A program made the position numbers and the translations under genes. Under the pieces are notes generated by a model. The model made no database searches and was not told the origin of the DNA. It saw only the letters and a list, made by a program, of their open reading frames with translations. Below, in pieces: positions 42,465 through 51,549 of a stretch of 64,000 nucleotides of DNA. The stretch is from Polyangiaceae bacterium (lineage in GTDB: Bacteria; Myxococcota_A; Polyangia; Polyangiales; Polyangiaceae): contig JBGANF010000004.1 in NCBI GenBank assembly GCA_044222475.1, forward strand, positions 78,794 to 142,793, written 5' to 3'. Positions within the stretch are counted from its first letter, which is position 1, and the number at the start of each line of letters is the position of its first letter.

Positions 42465-43460
42465 GTGCTGACCTCGCTTCATCAGCTGACCGATCACGCG
42501 CTGATCGCTCTCCTGCGAAAGGGCAAGCTCTTCTCCGAGGGCTTCGGCGACCGACGCCGCCTCGCGCGCATCGTCGACGCGGTGGCCTCGTACCGACGCG
42601 AAAGCGCGCTCGACGTACCCTCGATCGCGTGGGGCGACGAGAAGGAGCGCTTCGGCGTTCGCCGTCTTCGCGGGACCTTCGCCGCCCCGCTCGCGGCGGA
42701 GCTCCCCGAGGAATCACGCACGGTCCACGTCGAGCTCCTGCTGCCTCGCGGCGCGAACGCGCCGCACGCGACGCCGATCGTGCTCTTGCTCGCCGCGACG
42801 AGCGAGGAGGGGTTCCGCCGCCGGCGACTCTTCTCGCTTCCGCTGCTCCAGCGGGGCATCGCGGTGCTCTCCGTCGAGAACCCGTACTACGGCCTGCGTC
42901 GACCCGCCGGCCAGATCGGTCCGTTCGTGCGCACGTTCTCCGATCAGTTCGCGATGAACTTCGCGACGGTGATCGAGGGTCGCACTCTGCTCGCGTGGTT
43001 GCACCGCGAAGGGTACGAGCGGGTGGTGGTGAGCGGCTTCAGCCAGGGCGGGATGATGGCTGCGTTCGCCGCCGTCACGTCGACGTTTCCGGTCGGCGTC
43101 GTTCCCTGCGCTGCGGGGCTCACCGCCCACGGGATCTTCCTCGACGCGGCGCTCAGCAACGCGTTCGCGTGGCCCCGGCTCGCCGCGGACGCAGGCAGCG
43201 AAGCCGAGGCGCGCGCGCTCATCGAGCGAGCGCTCGATCCGGTGTCCCTCGCGGTGCACCCGCCCCCGCTCCGCCCGGAGCTGGCGATCGTGCTCGGCGC
43301 AGCGCATGACGGGTTCGTCCCAAAACGGGACGTCGAGGCACTCCACCGCCACTGGCCTGGCGCGGAGCTGCGATGGGTGTCGGCCGGGCACGTCACGACG
43401 GCCGCGCTCCACCACGGGGCCCACCGGCAAGCCATCCGCGACGCGTTGGCGAGGTTCTGA
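42465..43460 (+). CDS. ABHD18/DUF2048-like alpha/beta hydrolase
   Basis: ENPYYGLRRP, GFSQGG, DGFVP, AGHV. Confidence 0.8.
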   Translation: MLTSLHQLTDHALIALLRKGKLFSEGFGDRRRLARIVDAVASYRRESALDVPSIAWGDEKERFGVRRLRGTFAAPLAAELPEESRTVHVELLLPRGANAPHATPIVLLLAATSEEGFRRRRLFSLPLLQRGIAVLSVENPYYGLRRPAGQIGPFVRTFSDQFAMNFATVIEGRTLLAWLHREGYERVVVSGFSQGGMMAAFAAVTSTFPVGVVPCAAGLTAHGIFLDAALSNAFAWPRLAADAGSEAEARALIERALDPVSLAVHPPPLRPELAIVLGAAHDGFVPKRDVEALHRHWPGAELRWVSAGHVTTAALHHGAHRQAIRDALARF

Positions 43461-43479
43461 CCGTAGGTCCAGCGACCCG

Positions 43480-44955
43480 TCAGCCCCCGCGCTCCTTCAG
43501 GCTCGCGCGGAGGAGCGCGAACAGCTCGCCGAGCCGAAGCGCGCGCGTACCGACGACCACCACGAAGTACGTGAGCGCGGTCGCGACGATGCGCCACGAG
43601 CCGAGTCCGTACCCGAAGTGGTCGACCACCAGGACCACGACCGCAGCGAGCACGCACTTCGCCAGGGTGCTCAGCGTGCGCCGGTCGAACGCGTCGCGAC
43701 CGATGACGTAGAGGAACGTCCCGGCGACGAGCGCCTCGACCGCGACCGAGATGGCCGCCGCGCCGATGCCGCCGCCGCCATCGCCGAAGCGCCGGAGAGA
43801 CGGGCCCAACAAGGCCACGTTGAGCCCCGCGTTCAGAGCGAACGACACGAGGGTCACCACCGTCACGAACCACTCGCGATGCAGGAGGACGAGGGTCGTC
43901 GCGCCGAGCATGGCCACGTACACCACGACGAAGATCGGGGAGAGGACGCGCATCGCGGGGATCGCTTGATCGAAGCGGCTCCCGAGCGCGAGGTGCACGA
44001 TGATGTCGGCGCCGCTGCCGATGAGCGTCGCGAGCCCGATCGCCACGATGAACGTCATCTCGAGCGCGCTTCGGAGCCCGATCATGAGCTCGTCACGGCT
44101 CTTGGCCGCCGCGCGGGCGAGCTGGGGCATCAACACCCAGGTCATGATGGGCGCGACCATCATCGCGATGAACGACAGGTTGGTCGCCGCGCCGTACCAC
44201 CCGACCTCCCGCTCGGGGAGAGCCAACCCCATCACCGCGATGTCGATGCGGGAGTAGAGAACCTGCGCAACGCTGTTCACGTAGAACGGGAAGCTCTTCC
44301 GGAGCGCGGTCGCCGTGCGACCGACGTGGAGAGCGAGCTCCAGCCCGGCGGCGCGCCGCGCGATGACGACCAGCGCGACGAGCCGCACCGCCTCCGACGC
44401 GACCGAGGCGAGCGCGTACACGCGGAGCGGCGCGTGAAGCACCAGCCCGACGACGACGATCGAGCCCCAGAGGATCTTGGTCCCGATGTTGAGGGCCGAG
44501 AGACGCCCGACGCGGCGGACCGCATAGAGGAGCGTGGCGGTGGTGTTCGCCGCGATCATGCAGAGCTGCGCGACGCCAAAGAACACGGTCGTCCAGATCA
44601 CCTCGCCGCGATGTCCGCCGGACCACGCGATGCCTGCGACGATGGCCAGCACGACGAGGCTCGCCAGGGCGCGAAGCGTCTGCACTCCGAGAAAGAAGTC
44701 GCCGGCGTGCTCCTGCCGCTTCGGGATCTCCTTCTGGATGTAGGAGTCGATGCCGAGGCCGATGAACGTCATGCCGTTCATCGCGAGCGCGTCGGCGAAC
44801 GTGTACTCACCGAGGAGATCGGGGCCGAGGTGCCGCGGCAAGAGCAGGCGGACGATCAGCGCCAGGCTCCACGTGACGAGGAGCGACGCTCCTACGATCA
44901 TCGCGTTCCGCGCGGCGATCAGTCCGTCGCGCCTTCTTGCCTCGGTGTCGCTCAT
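43480..44955 (-). CDS. wzx: Wzx-type polysaccharide flippase
   Basis: About 12-14 TMs; RHLGP..GEY, YSRIDIAVM..VGWYGAA, LMPQLAR. Confidence 0.85.
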   Translation of the reverse strand: MSDTEARRRDGLIAARNAMIVGASLLVTWSLALIVRLLLPRHLGPDLLGEYTFADALAMNGMTFIGLGIDSYIQKEIPKRQEHAGDFFLGVQTLRALASLVVLAIVAGIAWSGGHRGEVIWTTVFFGVAQLCMIAANTTATLLYAVRRVGRLSALNIGTKILWGSIVVVGLVLHAPLRVYALASVASEAVRLVALVVIARRAAGLELALHVGRTATALRKSFPFYVNSVAQVLYSRIDIAVMGLALPEREVGWYGAATNLSFIAMMVAPIMTWVLMPQLARAAAKSRDELMIGLRSALEMTFIVAIGLATLIGSGADIIVHLALGSRFDQAIPAMRVLSPIFVVVYVAMLGATTLVLLHREWFVTVVTLVSFALNAGLNVALLGPSLRRFGDGGGGIGAAAISVAVEALVAGTFLYVIGRDAFDRRTLSTLAKCVLAAVVVLVVDHFGYGLGSWRIVATALTYFVVVVGTRALRLGELFALLRASLKERGG

Positions 44956-45023
44956 TGCCCCACTCGCCACGTCTTCGCGCAGTCCGGTGCGCGAAGCGAC
45001 GCGACCGTGCTAGCTGCTCCTCC

Positions 45024-45911
45024 GTGCGGAAGAAGAGGATCGTCGCCCTTGCCGCGCTGGCTGGCCTCGTCGGGTTCGCGGTGGCCGAGGTCCACTGGAC
45101 GCGACGTTGGTACGCGACGTGTCACCCGCGACGAGCGACGATCGCGCCGAAGGACCGCGAAGACCTCGCCGCCGCGACCGGCGCCGTCGAAGACGTCGCC
45201 TTCACTGCGAGCGACGGCGTCGTCCTCCATGGCTGGTTCGTACCACCGAAGAACGGTTGCGTCGTCGTCATGGGCCACGGCCTCGGTGAGACGCGCACGC
45301 GCTTTCTCTTCGACGCCAAGATGCTCGCGCGGCACGGATGCGGATCGCTCCTCTTCGACTGGCGAGCGCACGGTGAGAGCGGCGGAGACACGGCGACGTG
45401 GGGCGACCGCGAACAGCTCGACTTCTCGGCCGCGGTCGGGTTCGCGGTGAACCGACCCGACGTGGACCCGACCCGCGTCGTCGGGTGTGGATTCTCGATC
45501 GGTGCGTCGGCGGTGGCCATCGAGGCTGCGTCCGACGCGAGGGTGCGCGGCGTCATCCTGCTCGCGCTCTGGTCGTCGCTCTCCGACGAAATCGACCACA
45601 AGACGGACCACTTCGGCGCGCTGTCGCGGGTGCCGTCGCGGTGGGGGATTTCGCGCGCGGGCGTCGACTTCGATCGAGTGAGGCCCATCGACGTGATCGG
45701 CAAGATCTCCCCGCGACCGCTCTTGCTCGTCACTGGCGACGCAGACACGGACACTCCGCTCGCGATCGAGGAGCGCGTGTTCGCTGCGGCGGGCGAGCCG
45801 AAGGAGATGTGGGTCGTCCACGGCGCCGAGCACGGTGACTACCAGACGACGGACCCGGTGGCGTTCGAGCAGCACGTCGTTCAGTTTCTCGAGCGAAACC
45901 ACTTTCTCTAG
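45024..45911 (+). CDS. Membrane-anchored alpha/beta hydrolase
   Basis: N-terminal TM; DWRAHGESGG, GFSIG, GDAD, GAEH. Confidence 0.85.
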   Translation: MRKKRIVALAALAGLVGFAVAEVHWTRRWYATCHPRRATIAPKDREDLAAATGAVEDVAFTASDGVVLHGWFVPPKNGCVVVMGHGLGETRTRFLFDAKMLARHGCGSLLFDWRAHGESGGDTATWGDREQLDFSAAVGFAVNRPDVDPTRVVGCGFSIGASAVAIEAASDARVRGVILLALWSSLSDEIDHKTDHFGALSRVPSRWGISRAGVDFDRVRPIDVIGKISPRPLLLVTGDADTDTPLAIEERVFAAAGEPKEMWVVHGAEHGDYQTTDPVAFEQHVVQFLERNHFL

Positions 45912-45919
45912 CTCCATCG

Positions 45920-47683
45920 TCAGGGGCTCCGCGAGCCTCGACCGACCGCCGCGACGAAGTCGGTGACGACGTCGAGCACGCGCTGCTGCGACCACACCGG
46001 GACGAACGTGTGGTCCGTGCCTTCGAGCAAGACCTGCGCGAGCGTTCCGCGATCGAAGTAGCGGGTCAAACCGGCGAGATCGTTGTCGACGACCTTGATC
46101 ATCGGTTCGCCGTCGTTGAAGACGAGGAGCACCTTCGTACCCCGACGCGCCAGCGTTCGAAACTTGCGAGCGAGCGGCGTGAGCGCGAGCACCTCGAGTC
46201 CGGCGCGCGACGCACCCGCGCGCACCCGCTTCACTGCACCGAAGACGCCCGGTGGGAGTGCGTTCGCCAAGGCCGCGGCGACGTTGATCTCCCCGCGGGC
46301 GAGCCGCTGCCACGTCCGCAGCTGGAACACGGCCTTCTTGTAGGAGGGCTTCGACTCCATCTCCGCCTTCCACTCGTGAGGGAGCTTGACCACCCATCCG
46401 TCGCGCCACACGAACGTGAGCGGGTTCAATAGGACGAGGCCACGGACGCGCGCGTCCTTGCGCGCAGCGTGGAACGACGCGTACGCGCCCGAGCACAGTC
46501 CGGCCAACACGAACTGCGAGTACCCGCGACGTGCGAGCGCCTCGATCGCGTCGCCGATGTCGGCGAAGGCCTCGCGTCGGTAGAGCTCGTTCTCGCGTCG
46601 GCCTGGCCGGGGCGCGCTCTCACCGATGCCCGAGACGTCGAGGCGAAGCGCGCTGACTCCCGCACCCGCGAAGCGCCGCGCGAGGGCGACGCCGAGTCGG
46701 TGCGTTCCGAACCGAGGGTTGGCCCCGGTGTTCGCGATGATCGCCGCGACCGCGCCCGGGCGAGCAGGCTCGGTCAGGAGACCGAACAGCGAGCGCGAGC
46801 CGCCGATCTCGATCGCGAGCTCGCGTGTCCCGTCCGCATCCAGGTCGGTGCGGTCCGAGCCGACCGGTCGCGCCGCAGGCCCCGGTCGTCCGCCCGCCGA
46901 GAACCACCCCGCGAACGCCTCGACGAGGTGCTCCGGTGCGGTCGCGCCGTACGGATCGTCGGTGCACGTCACCGCGTATCCGGGGATCTCGCGGAGCTCG
47001 ACGTCGGCGCCTCGCGCCCGGAGCGCCTCGGCGATCTTCGCTTCGGCACCGGGGAGATCGTCGCGAGGAACCACGAGGACCCGGCGAGCGGACAGCGACT
47101 TCGTCTTCGCGGGGTCGAGCTCGCGGATGCGCGCTCCGGTCTCTTTGCGGATGACGAACCCGACGACCTCTTGGTCGCCTTCGCGCTGACCGGTGAACGC
47201 TCGCGGGGCGGTCGCATGGAGCTGCGCCATCACGGTGAGCTCGCGGAGCCACGCCCGGCCCGAGACCGGAGCGAGCAGCGCGAGCTCGTCGACGCCGCCT
47301 TCCTCCGCTGCGGCGACGGCGAGGGCCGCGCCGAGGCGCATCCCGAACAAGCCGACGTGCGACACGCCGCTCGACGCGCGAAGGTGCTCGATGGCCGCGC
47401 GGATCGACGCGATCCATCGCGGGACCTCGTCGGGCTCGGCGCCGTAGCCGCCCTCCCCCGGCGAGTCGCCGGTGCCGTGGTAGTCGATGCGAAGCACCGC
47501 GATGCCGCGGGCCGCGAGCCGCTCGGCGAGCTTCTTGTGAAAGCGGTACGTGGACGAGAGATCGGGCCCGAACGGGGGACAGAGGACGACGCCGTTGGCG
47601 GTCGCCATCGACGGCGGTGGAACGTGGAGGAGCCCGAACGCCCGGCACGAGTCAGGACCAAACCAAGTTGCGGAGGAGCTCAT
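45920..47683 (-). CDS. Fused double alpha/beta hydrolase
   Basis: Half 1 DYHGTGDS..GMRLG; half 2 DVSGIGES..GLCSG..GTDHTF. Confidence 0.8.
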   Translation of the reverse strand: MSSSATWFGPDSCRAFGLLHVPPPSMATANGVVLCPPFGPDLSSTYRFHKKLAERLAARGIAVLRIDYHGTGDSPGEGGYGAEPDEVPRWIASIRAAIEHLRASSGVSHVGLFGMRLGAALAVAAAEEGGVDELALLAPVSGRAWLRELTVMAQLHATAPRAFTGQREGDQEVVGFVIRKETGARIRELDPAKTKSLSARRVLVVPRDDLPGAEAKIAEALRARGADVELREIPGYAVTCTDDPYGATAPEHLVEAFAGWFSAGGRPGPAARPVGSDRTDLDADGTRELAIEIGGSRSLFGLLTEPARPGAVAAIIANTGANPRFGTHRLGVALARRFAGAGVSALRLDVSGIGESAPRPGRRENELYRREAFADIGDAIEALARRGYSQFVLAGLCSGAYASFHAARKDARVRGLVLLNPLTFVWRDGWVVKLPHEWKAEMESKPSYKKAVFQLRTWQRLARGEINVAAALANALPPGVFGAVKRVRAGASRAGLEVLALTPLARKFRTLARRGTKVLLVFNDGEPMIKVVDNDLAGLTRYFDRGTLAQVLLEGTDHTFVPVWSQQRVLDVVTDFVAAVGRGSRSP

Positions 47684-47809
47684 GAGCTTGAGACGACCCG
47701 CACGGTAGCGCGAACGGTACCGAGCACGGCAACGGAAGCGAACGAAGACCGTCTCGCCGCGTCCGTTTTCGATCTTGGAGAGGGCGAAGCCGTGATAGCA
47801 ACGCCTAGC

Positions 47810-48208
47810 GTGACCCTCGTCATCGGAACCGACTTGATCGCCATCGCCGAGGTCGAGGCCTCGGTGGCTCGCTTCGGCGACCGCTACCTCAGGCGAGTGT
47901 TCACCGACCTCGAGCTGGACGAGACGCGCGGGCACCAACAGGGAGCCCGCCTGGCGGCGCGCTTCGCCGCCAAAGAGGCCATGCTCAAGGCCCTGCGAGT
48001 GGGCGACGCAGCGATCCCATGGCGCTCCATCGAGGTGAGGCGCGCAGCCGACGGCGCCCCCGAGATCCAGCTCCACGGAGCAGCGGCCGAGCTCGCCGAG
48101 TCGCAGGGCATCGCCGACCTCGCACTCAGCATCACCCACGAGACCGCCTTCGCCGCCGCCGTGGTCGTCGGCACGAAACGGCCACCCACGACGTCACCCT
48201 CGACTTGA
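47810..48208 (+). CDS. acpS: Holo-[acyl-carrier-protein] synthase
   Basis: IGTDL, RVFT..E, LAARFAAKEA, LSITHE..A.AVV. Confidence 0.92.
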   Translation: MTLVIGTDLIAIAEVEASVARFGDRYLRRVFTDLELDETRGHQQGARLAARFAAKEAMLKALRVGDAAIPWRSIEVRRAADGAPEIQLHGAAAELAESQGIADLALSITHETAFAAAVVVGTKRPPTTSPST

Positions 48209-48221
48209 AGAGGTTTTTCTC

Positions 48222-48467
48222 ATGGAAGACGACATTCGCGCCATTCTCAAAGAGCACGCCAAGCTCGCCGTCGACACCGCGACGCTCACGGCCGACTCCG
48301 ACTTGTACCAGGCTGGGATGACCTCGCACGCGAGCGTCAACGTCATGCTCGCCCTCGAAGGCAAGTTCGACGTCGAGTTCCCCGACCGCATGTTGAAGCG
48401 CGGCGTCTTCGCGAGCATCGGCGCCATCCGGGGCGCCCTCGAAGAGCTCCGCGGCGGCGGGGGCTGA
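48222..48467 (+). CDS. Aminoacyl carrier protein
   Basis: 81 aa; DLYQAGMTSHA..LALE..FDVEFP with Ppant Ser. Confidence 0.9.
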   Translation: MEDDIRAILKEHAKLAVDTATLTADSDLYQAGMTSHASVNVMLALEGKFDVEFPDRMLKRGVFASIGAIRGALEELRGGGG

Positions 48468-48468
48468 G

Positions 48469-49644
48469 ATGCGCGAAAAGACTGCCCAGTCGGCGCTCGT
48501 CGCCACCGCCCGTCGCATCGGCTCGGAGGTCGTGGCGAAGCACGCCGACGCCAGCGATCGCGACGCGACCTTTCCCACCGAATCGCTCGCGGCGATGCGT
48601 CAAGCCAAGCTGATGAGCTGCTACGTGCCCGTCTCGCTCGGGGGCCCCGGCTGCTCGATGAGCGAGCTTGCCGCGGTGAGCGAGGTCCTCGCCGAGTACT
48701 GCATGTCCTCGGCGATGGTGTTCGCGATGCACCAGATCCAGGTGGCGATGCTCGTCCACCACGCGCTCGATGCGCCGTACATGACGCGCTACCTCCGCGA
48801 GGTCGTGGAGAAGCAGAACCTCATCGCATCGATGACGACCGAGGTGGGCGTAGGCGGCGAGATGCGGAAGAGCATCTGCGCGGTCGAGACTAACGGCAAC
48901 GGGTTCTCGTTCGTCAAGGAGACGACCACGATGTCGTACGGCGCCCAAGCCGACGACTACCTCGCGAGCGCGCGCCGGAACCCCGACGCCGCGAGCAACG
49001 ATCAGGTCATGATCCTCATTCACCGCCGCGACGCGACGTACGAGCAGAAGGGCTCGTGGGACACCCTCGGCCTCCGCGGGACGTGCAGCCCTCCCGCATC
49101 GCTGAAGGCGACCGGCTCCCTCGAGCAGCTGATGGCGGTGCCCTTCGCCGACAGCGCCGCGCTGACGATGGTCCCCGTGTCGCACATCCTATGGGCCTCG
49201 TGCTGGCTCGGTCTGGCGAAGAGCGCTCTCGGCCGCGCGCATGCGGTCGTTCGTCAGGCCGCCCGCGCCAAGCCGGGCACCGTCCCGTCGTCGGCGCCGC
49301 GGCTGGCCGAAGCCAACGCGCTCCTCCAGTCGATGCGGGCGCACATCCACGACGCGCTCGAGGAGTACGAGGCGCTCCGAGCCTCCCCCGACGGCGGCGC
49401 TGCCGAGCTCTCGTCGATGCGCTACGCCGTGAGGATCAACAACCTCAAGCTCTCGTGCTCGAAGATGCTCTGGGAGGTCGTTCACCAGGCCTTCGCGATC
49501 TGCGGCATCCAGGGGTTCCGGAACGACTCCAAGTACGCGCTCGGACGGCACATCCGCGACGCGCTCGCCGCGGGCGTGATGATCGGCAACGATCGAATCG
49601 CAGGCACCAACGCAGCGATGCTGCTCGTCTTGAAAGAGGATTGA
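48469..49644 (+). CDS. Acyl-CoA/acyl-ACP dehydrogenase family protein
   Basis: FP..L..GGPG, MTTE, WDTLGLRGT, GIQGF..GRHIRD. Confidence 0.88.
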   Translation: MREKTAQSALVATARRIGSEVVAKHADASDRDATFPTESLAAMRQAKLMSCYVPVSLGGPGCSMSELAAVSEVLAEYCMSSAMVFAMHQIQVAMLVHHALDAPYMTRYLREVVEKQNLIASMTTEVGVGGEMRKSICAVETNGNGFSFVKETTTMSYGAQADDYLASARRNPDAASNDQVMILIHRRDATYEQKGSWDTLGLRGTCSPPASLKATGSLEQLMAVPFADSAALTMVPVSHILWASCWLGLAKSALGRAHAVVRQAARAKPGTVPSSAPRLAEANALLQSMRAHIHDALEEYEALRASPDGGAAELSSMRYAVRINNLKLSCSKMLWEVVHQAFAICGIQGFRNDSKYALGRHIRDALAAGVMIGNDRIAGTNAAMLLVLKED

Positions 49645-49646
49645 CG

Positions 49647-50555
49647 ATGTCGACCGAAACCGGCAGCAAGCTCTACGAGGATCTCGTCAAGCACAAGCTC
49701 ATCATCCCGACGAGCGTCCAGGGCATCTTCGGCCGGACCGCCGTGTTCGAGCGGGTCCTTCAAGCGTTCGACGATCTGATCTCGCGGGTGGCCAAGGACG
49801 ACGGCGCGGAGAAGATGCTCTTCCCGCCGACCCTCGACCGAAAGGTCTTCGAGAAGAGCGAATACCTCGACTCGTTCCCTCACCTCGCCGGTGCGGTCTT
49901 CAGCTTCTTCGGCAACGACGCGAAGCACAACGAGCTCCGCGAGAAGCTCAAGAACAAGACTCCTTGGGGAGACTCCTTCGGTCTCACCGACGTCGTGCTC
50001 ACGCCGGCGGCTTGCTACCCGGTGTACCCGAGCTTCACCGGCGTGATCCCGGCCGCGGGCCGACTCGTCGACATGCAGAACTGGGTGTTCCGTCACGAGC
50101 CGTCGCCCGAGCCGACCCGCATGCAGGCGTTCCGCGTCCGCGAGTTCGTCCGCGTCGGCACGCCCGACGTCGTCGTCGCGTGGCGCGACATGTGGCTCCA
50201 GCGAGGGCTCGACACGCTGATCGCGCTCGGCCTCCCCGCCAAGAGCGACGTCGCTTCGGATCCGTTCTTCGGTCGCGGCGGGCGCATGCTCGCGGCGAAC
50301 CAGAAGGAGCAGCGCCTCAAGTTCGAGGTCCTCGTCCCGGTGATCAGCGAGGAGAAGCCCACCGCGGTGTGCTCGTTCAACTGGCACCAAGAGCACTTCG
50401 GGCACATCTTCGAGATCAAGACGCAGGAGGGCGCGACCGCCCAGACCGCGTGCCTCGGCTTCGGCATGGAGCGCGTCGTCATGGCGCTCTTCAAGACCCA
50501 CGGCTTCGATCCCGAGAAGTGGCCGAAGGCCGTCCACGACAAGCTCTGGCCGTAG
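49647..50555 (+). CDS. Amino acid:[carrier protein] ligase (atypical SerRS homolog without tRNA-binding domain)
   Basis: SFP.L, PAACYPVYP, FRHEPS..RMQAFRVRE, CSFNWH..HF, ACLGFGMER; about 300 aa. Confidence 0.9.
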   Translation: MSTETGSKLYEDLVKHKLIIPTSVQGIFGRTAVFERVLQAFDDLISRVAKDDGAEKMLFPPTLDRKVFEKSEYLDSFPHLAGAVFSFFGNDAKHNELREKLKNKTPWGDSFGLTDVVLTPAACYPVYPSFTGVIPAAGRLVDMQNWVFRHEPSPEPTRMQAFRVREFVRVGTPDVVVAWRDMWLQRGLDTLIALGLPAKSDVASDPFFGRGGRMLAANQKEQRLKFEVLVPVISEEKPTAVCSFNWHQEHFGHIFEIKTQEGATAQTACLGFGMERVVMALFKTHGFDPEKWPKAVHDKLWP

Positions 50556-50565
50556 GTCTCGGCCC

Positions 50566-51549
50566 GTGAGCATCCACGCCTTCGCCGCGCTCGATCCTGC
50601 GACGTACGCTCGCCACGAGCTCCACGTCGCAGAGAACGCCTGGAACGAGAAGAACTGCTACATCGACGTGTGGATCGAGGTCCTCCACGCGCTCGGGCTC
50701 GATCCGATCGCGTGTCTTCCGTTCGTGCTCGCGGTGGACTTCGAGGGCGACCAGTGGACGTTCTTCAAGCCGCCGCACGAAGACCTCGTGACGATGTACG
50801 GCATCGACGTCCAGGAGCTCAACGTGTGGCGCCCGCTCGTCGAGCACGTCGTCCAGCACCTCGGTGACGGGAAGCTCGTCCTCACCGAAGCGAACTCCTT
50901 CTGGCTGCCCGACACCCAAGGCACGGACTACCGCACGAACCACGTGAAGACGACGATCGGCATCCAAGAGATCGACGTCGACGCTCAGGTGCTCGGGTAT
51001 TTCCACAACAGCGGCTACCACCGCCTCTCCGGCGAAGACTTCGTGGCGACGTTCCGCATCGGCGCCGCACCGGATCCGACGTTCCTCCCTCTGTTCGCCG
51101 AGTTCGTCCGGCTCGGGCACCGGGTGCGCCACGAAGACGCCACGCTGACGCGACGTTCGATCGAGCTCCTCGCGAAGCACCTCGCACGGCGTCCGGAAGG
51201 CAACCCCGCCGCGCGCTTTCGTGCCCGCTTTCCCAAGGACGTCGAGTGGATGCAGCGGGAGGGACTCGCGGCGTATCACGCGCACGCGTTCGCCCACGTC
51301 CGCCAGCTCGGCGCCGCGTTCGAGCTGGGGGCGACCTACGTCCGTTGGCTCGAGAAACGCGGCGAGAAGGATCTCGAGCCGATCGCCGTCCACTTCGACG
51401 CGATTTCGACGAACGCCAAGTCGCTCATCCTCAAGACCGCCCGCGCCGTGAACGCCAAGCGCGAGGTCGATTTCTCGCCGATCCTCGGAGCGATCGAGGA
51501 GGCATGGGCCGCCGGCACGGGCGCCCTCGCCTCGCGCTACGGTGGCTGA
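50566..51549 (+). CDS. DUF1839 family protein
   Basis: W.EKNCYIDVWIE, DFEGDQWTFFK, WLPDT.GTDY..HVKTTI, YFHNSG, RQLGA. Confidence 0.82.
   Translation: MSIHAFAALDPATYARHELHVAENAWNEKNCYIDVWIEVLHALGLDPIACLPFVLAVDFEGDQWTFFKPPHEDLVTMYGIDVQELNVWRPLVEHVVQHLGDGKLVLTEANSFWLPDTQGTDYRTNHVKTTIGIQEIDVDAQVLGYFHNSGYHRLSGEDFVATFRIGAAPDPTFLPLFAEFVRLGHRVRHEDATLTRRSIELLAKHLARRPEGNPAARFRARFPKDVEWMQREGLAAYHAHAFAHVRQLGAAFELGATYVRWLEKRGEKDLEPIAVHFDAISTNAKSLILKTARAVNAKREVDFSPILGAIEEAWAAGTGALASRYGG

Noticed and set aside
49647..50555. Seryl-tRNA synthetase or pseudogene
   Set aside because: Intact ORF lacking a tRNA-binding domain beside a carrier protein fits the aa:CP ligase family
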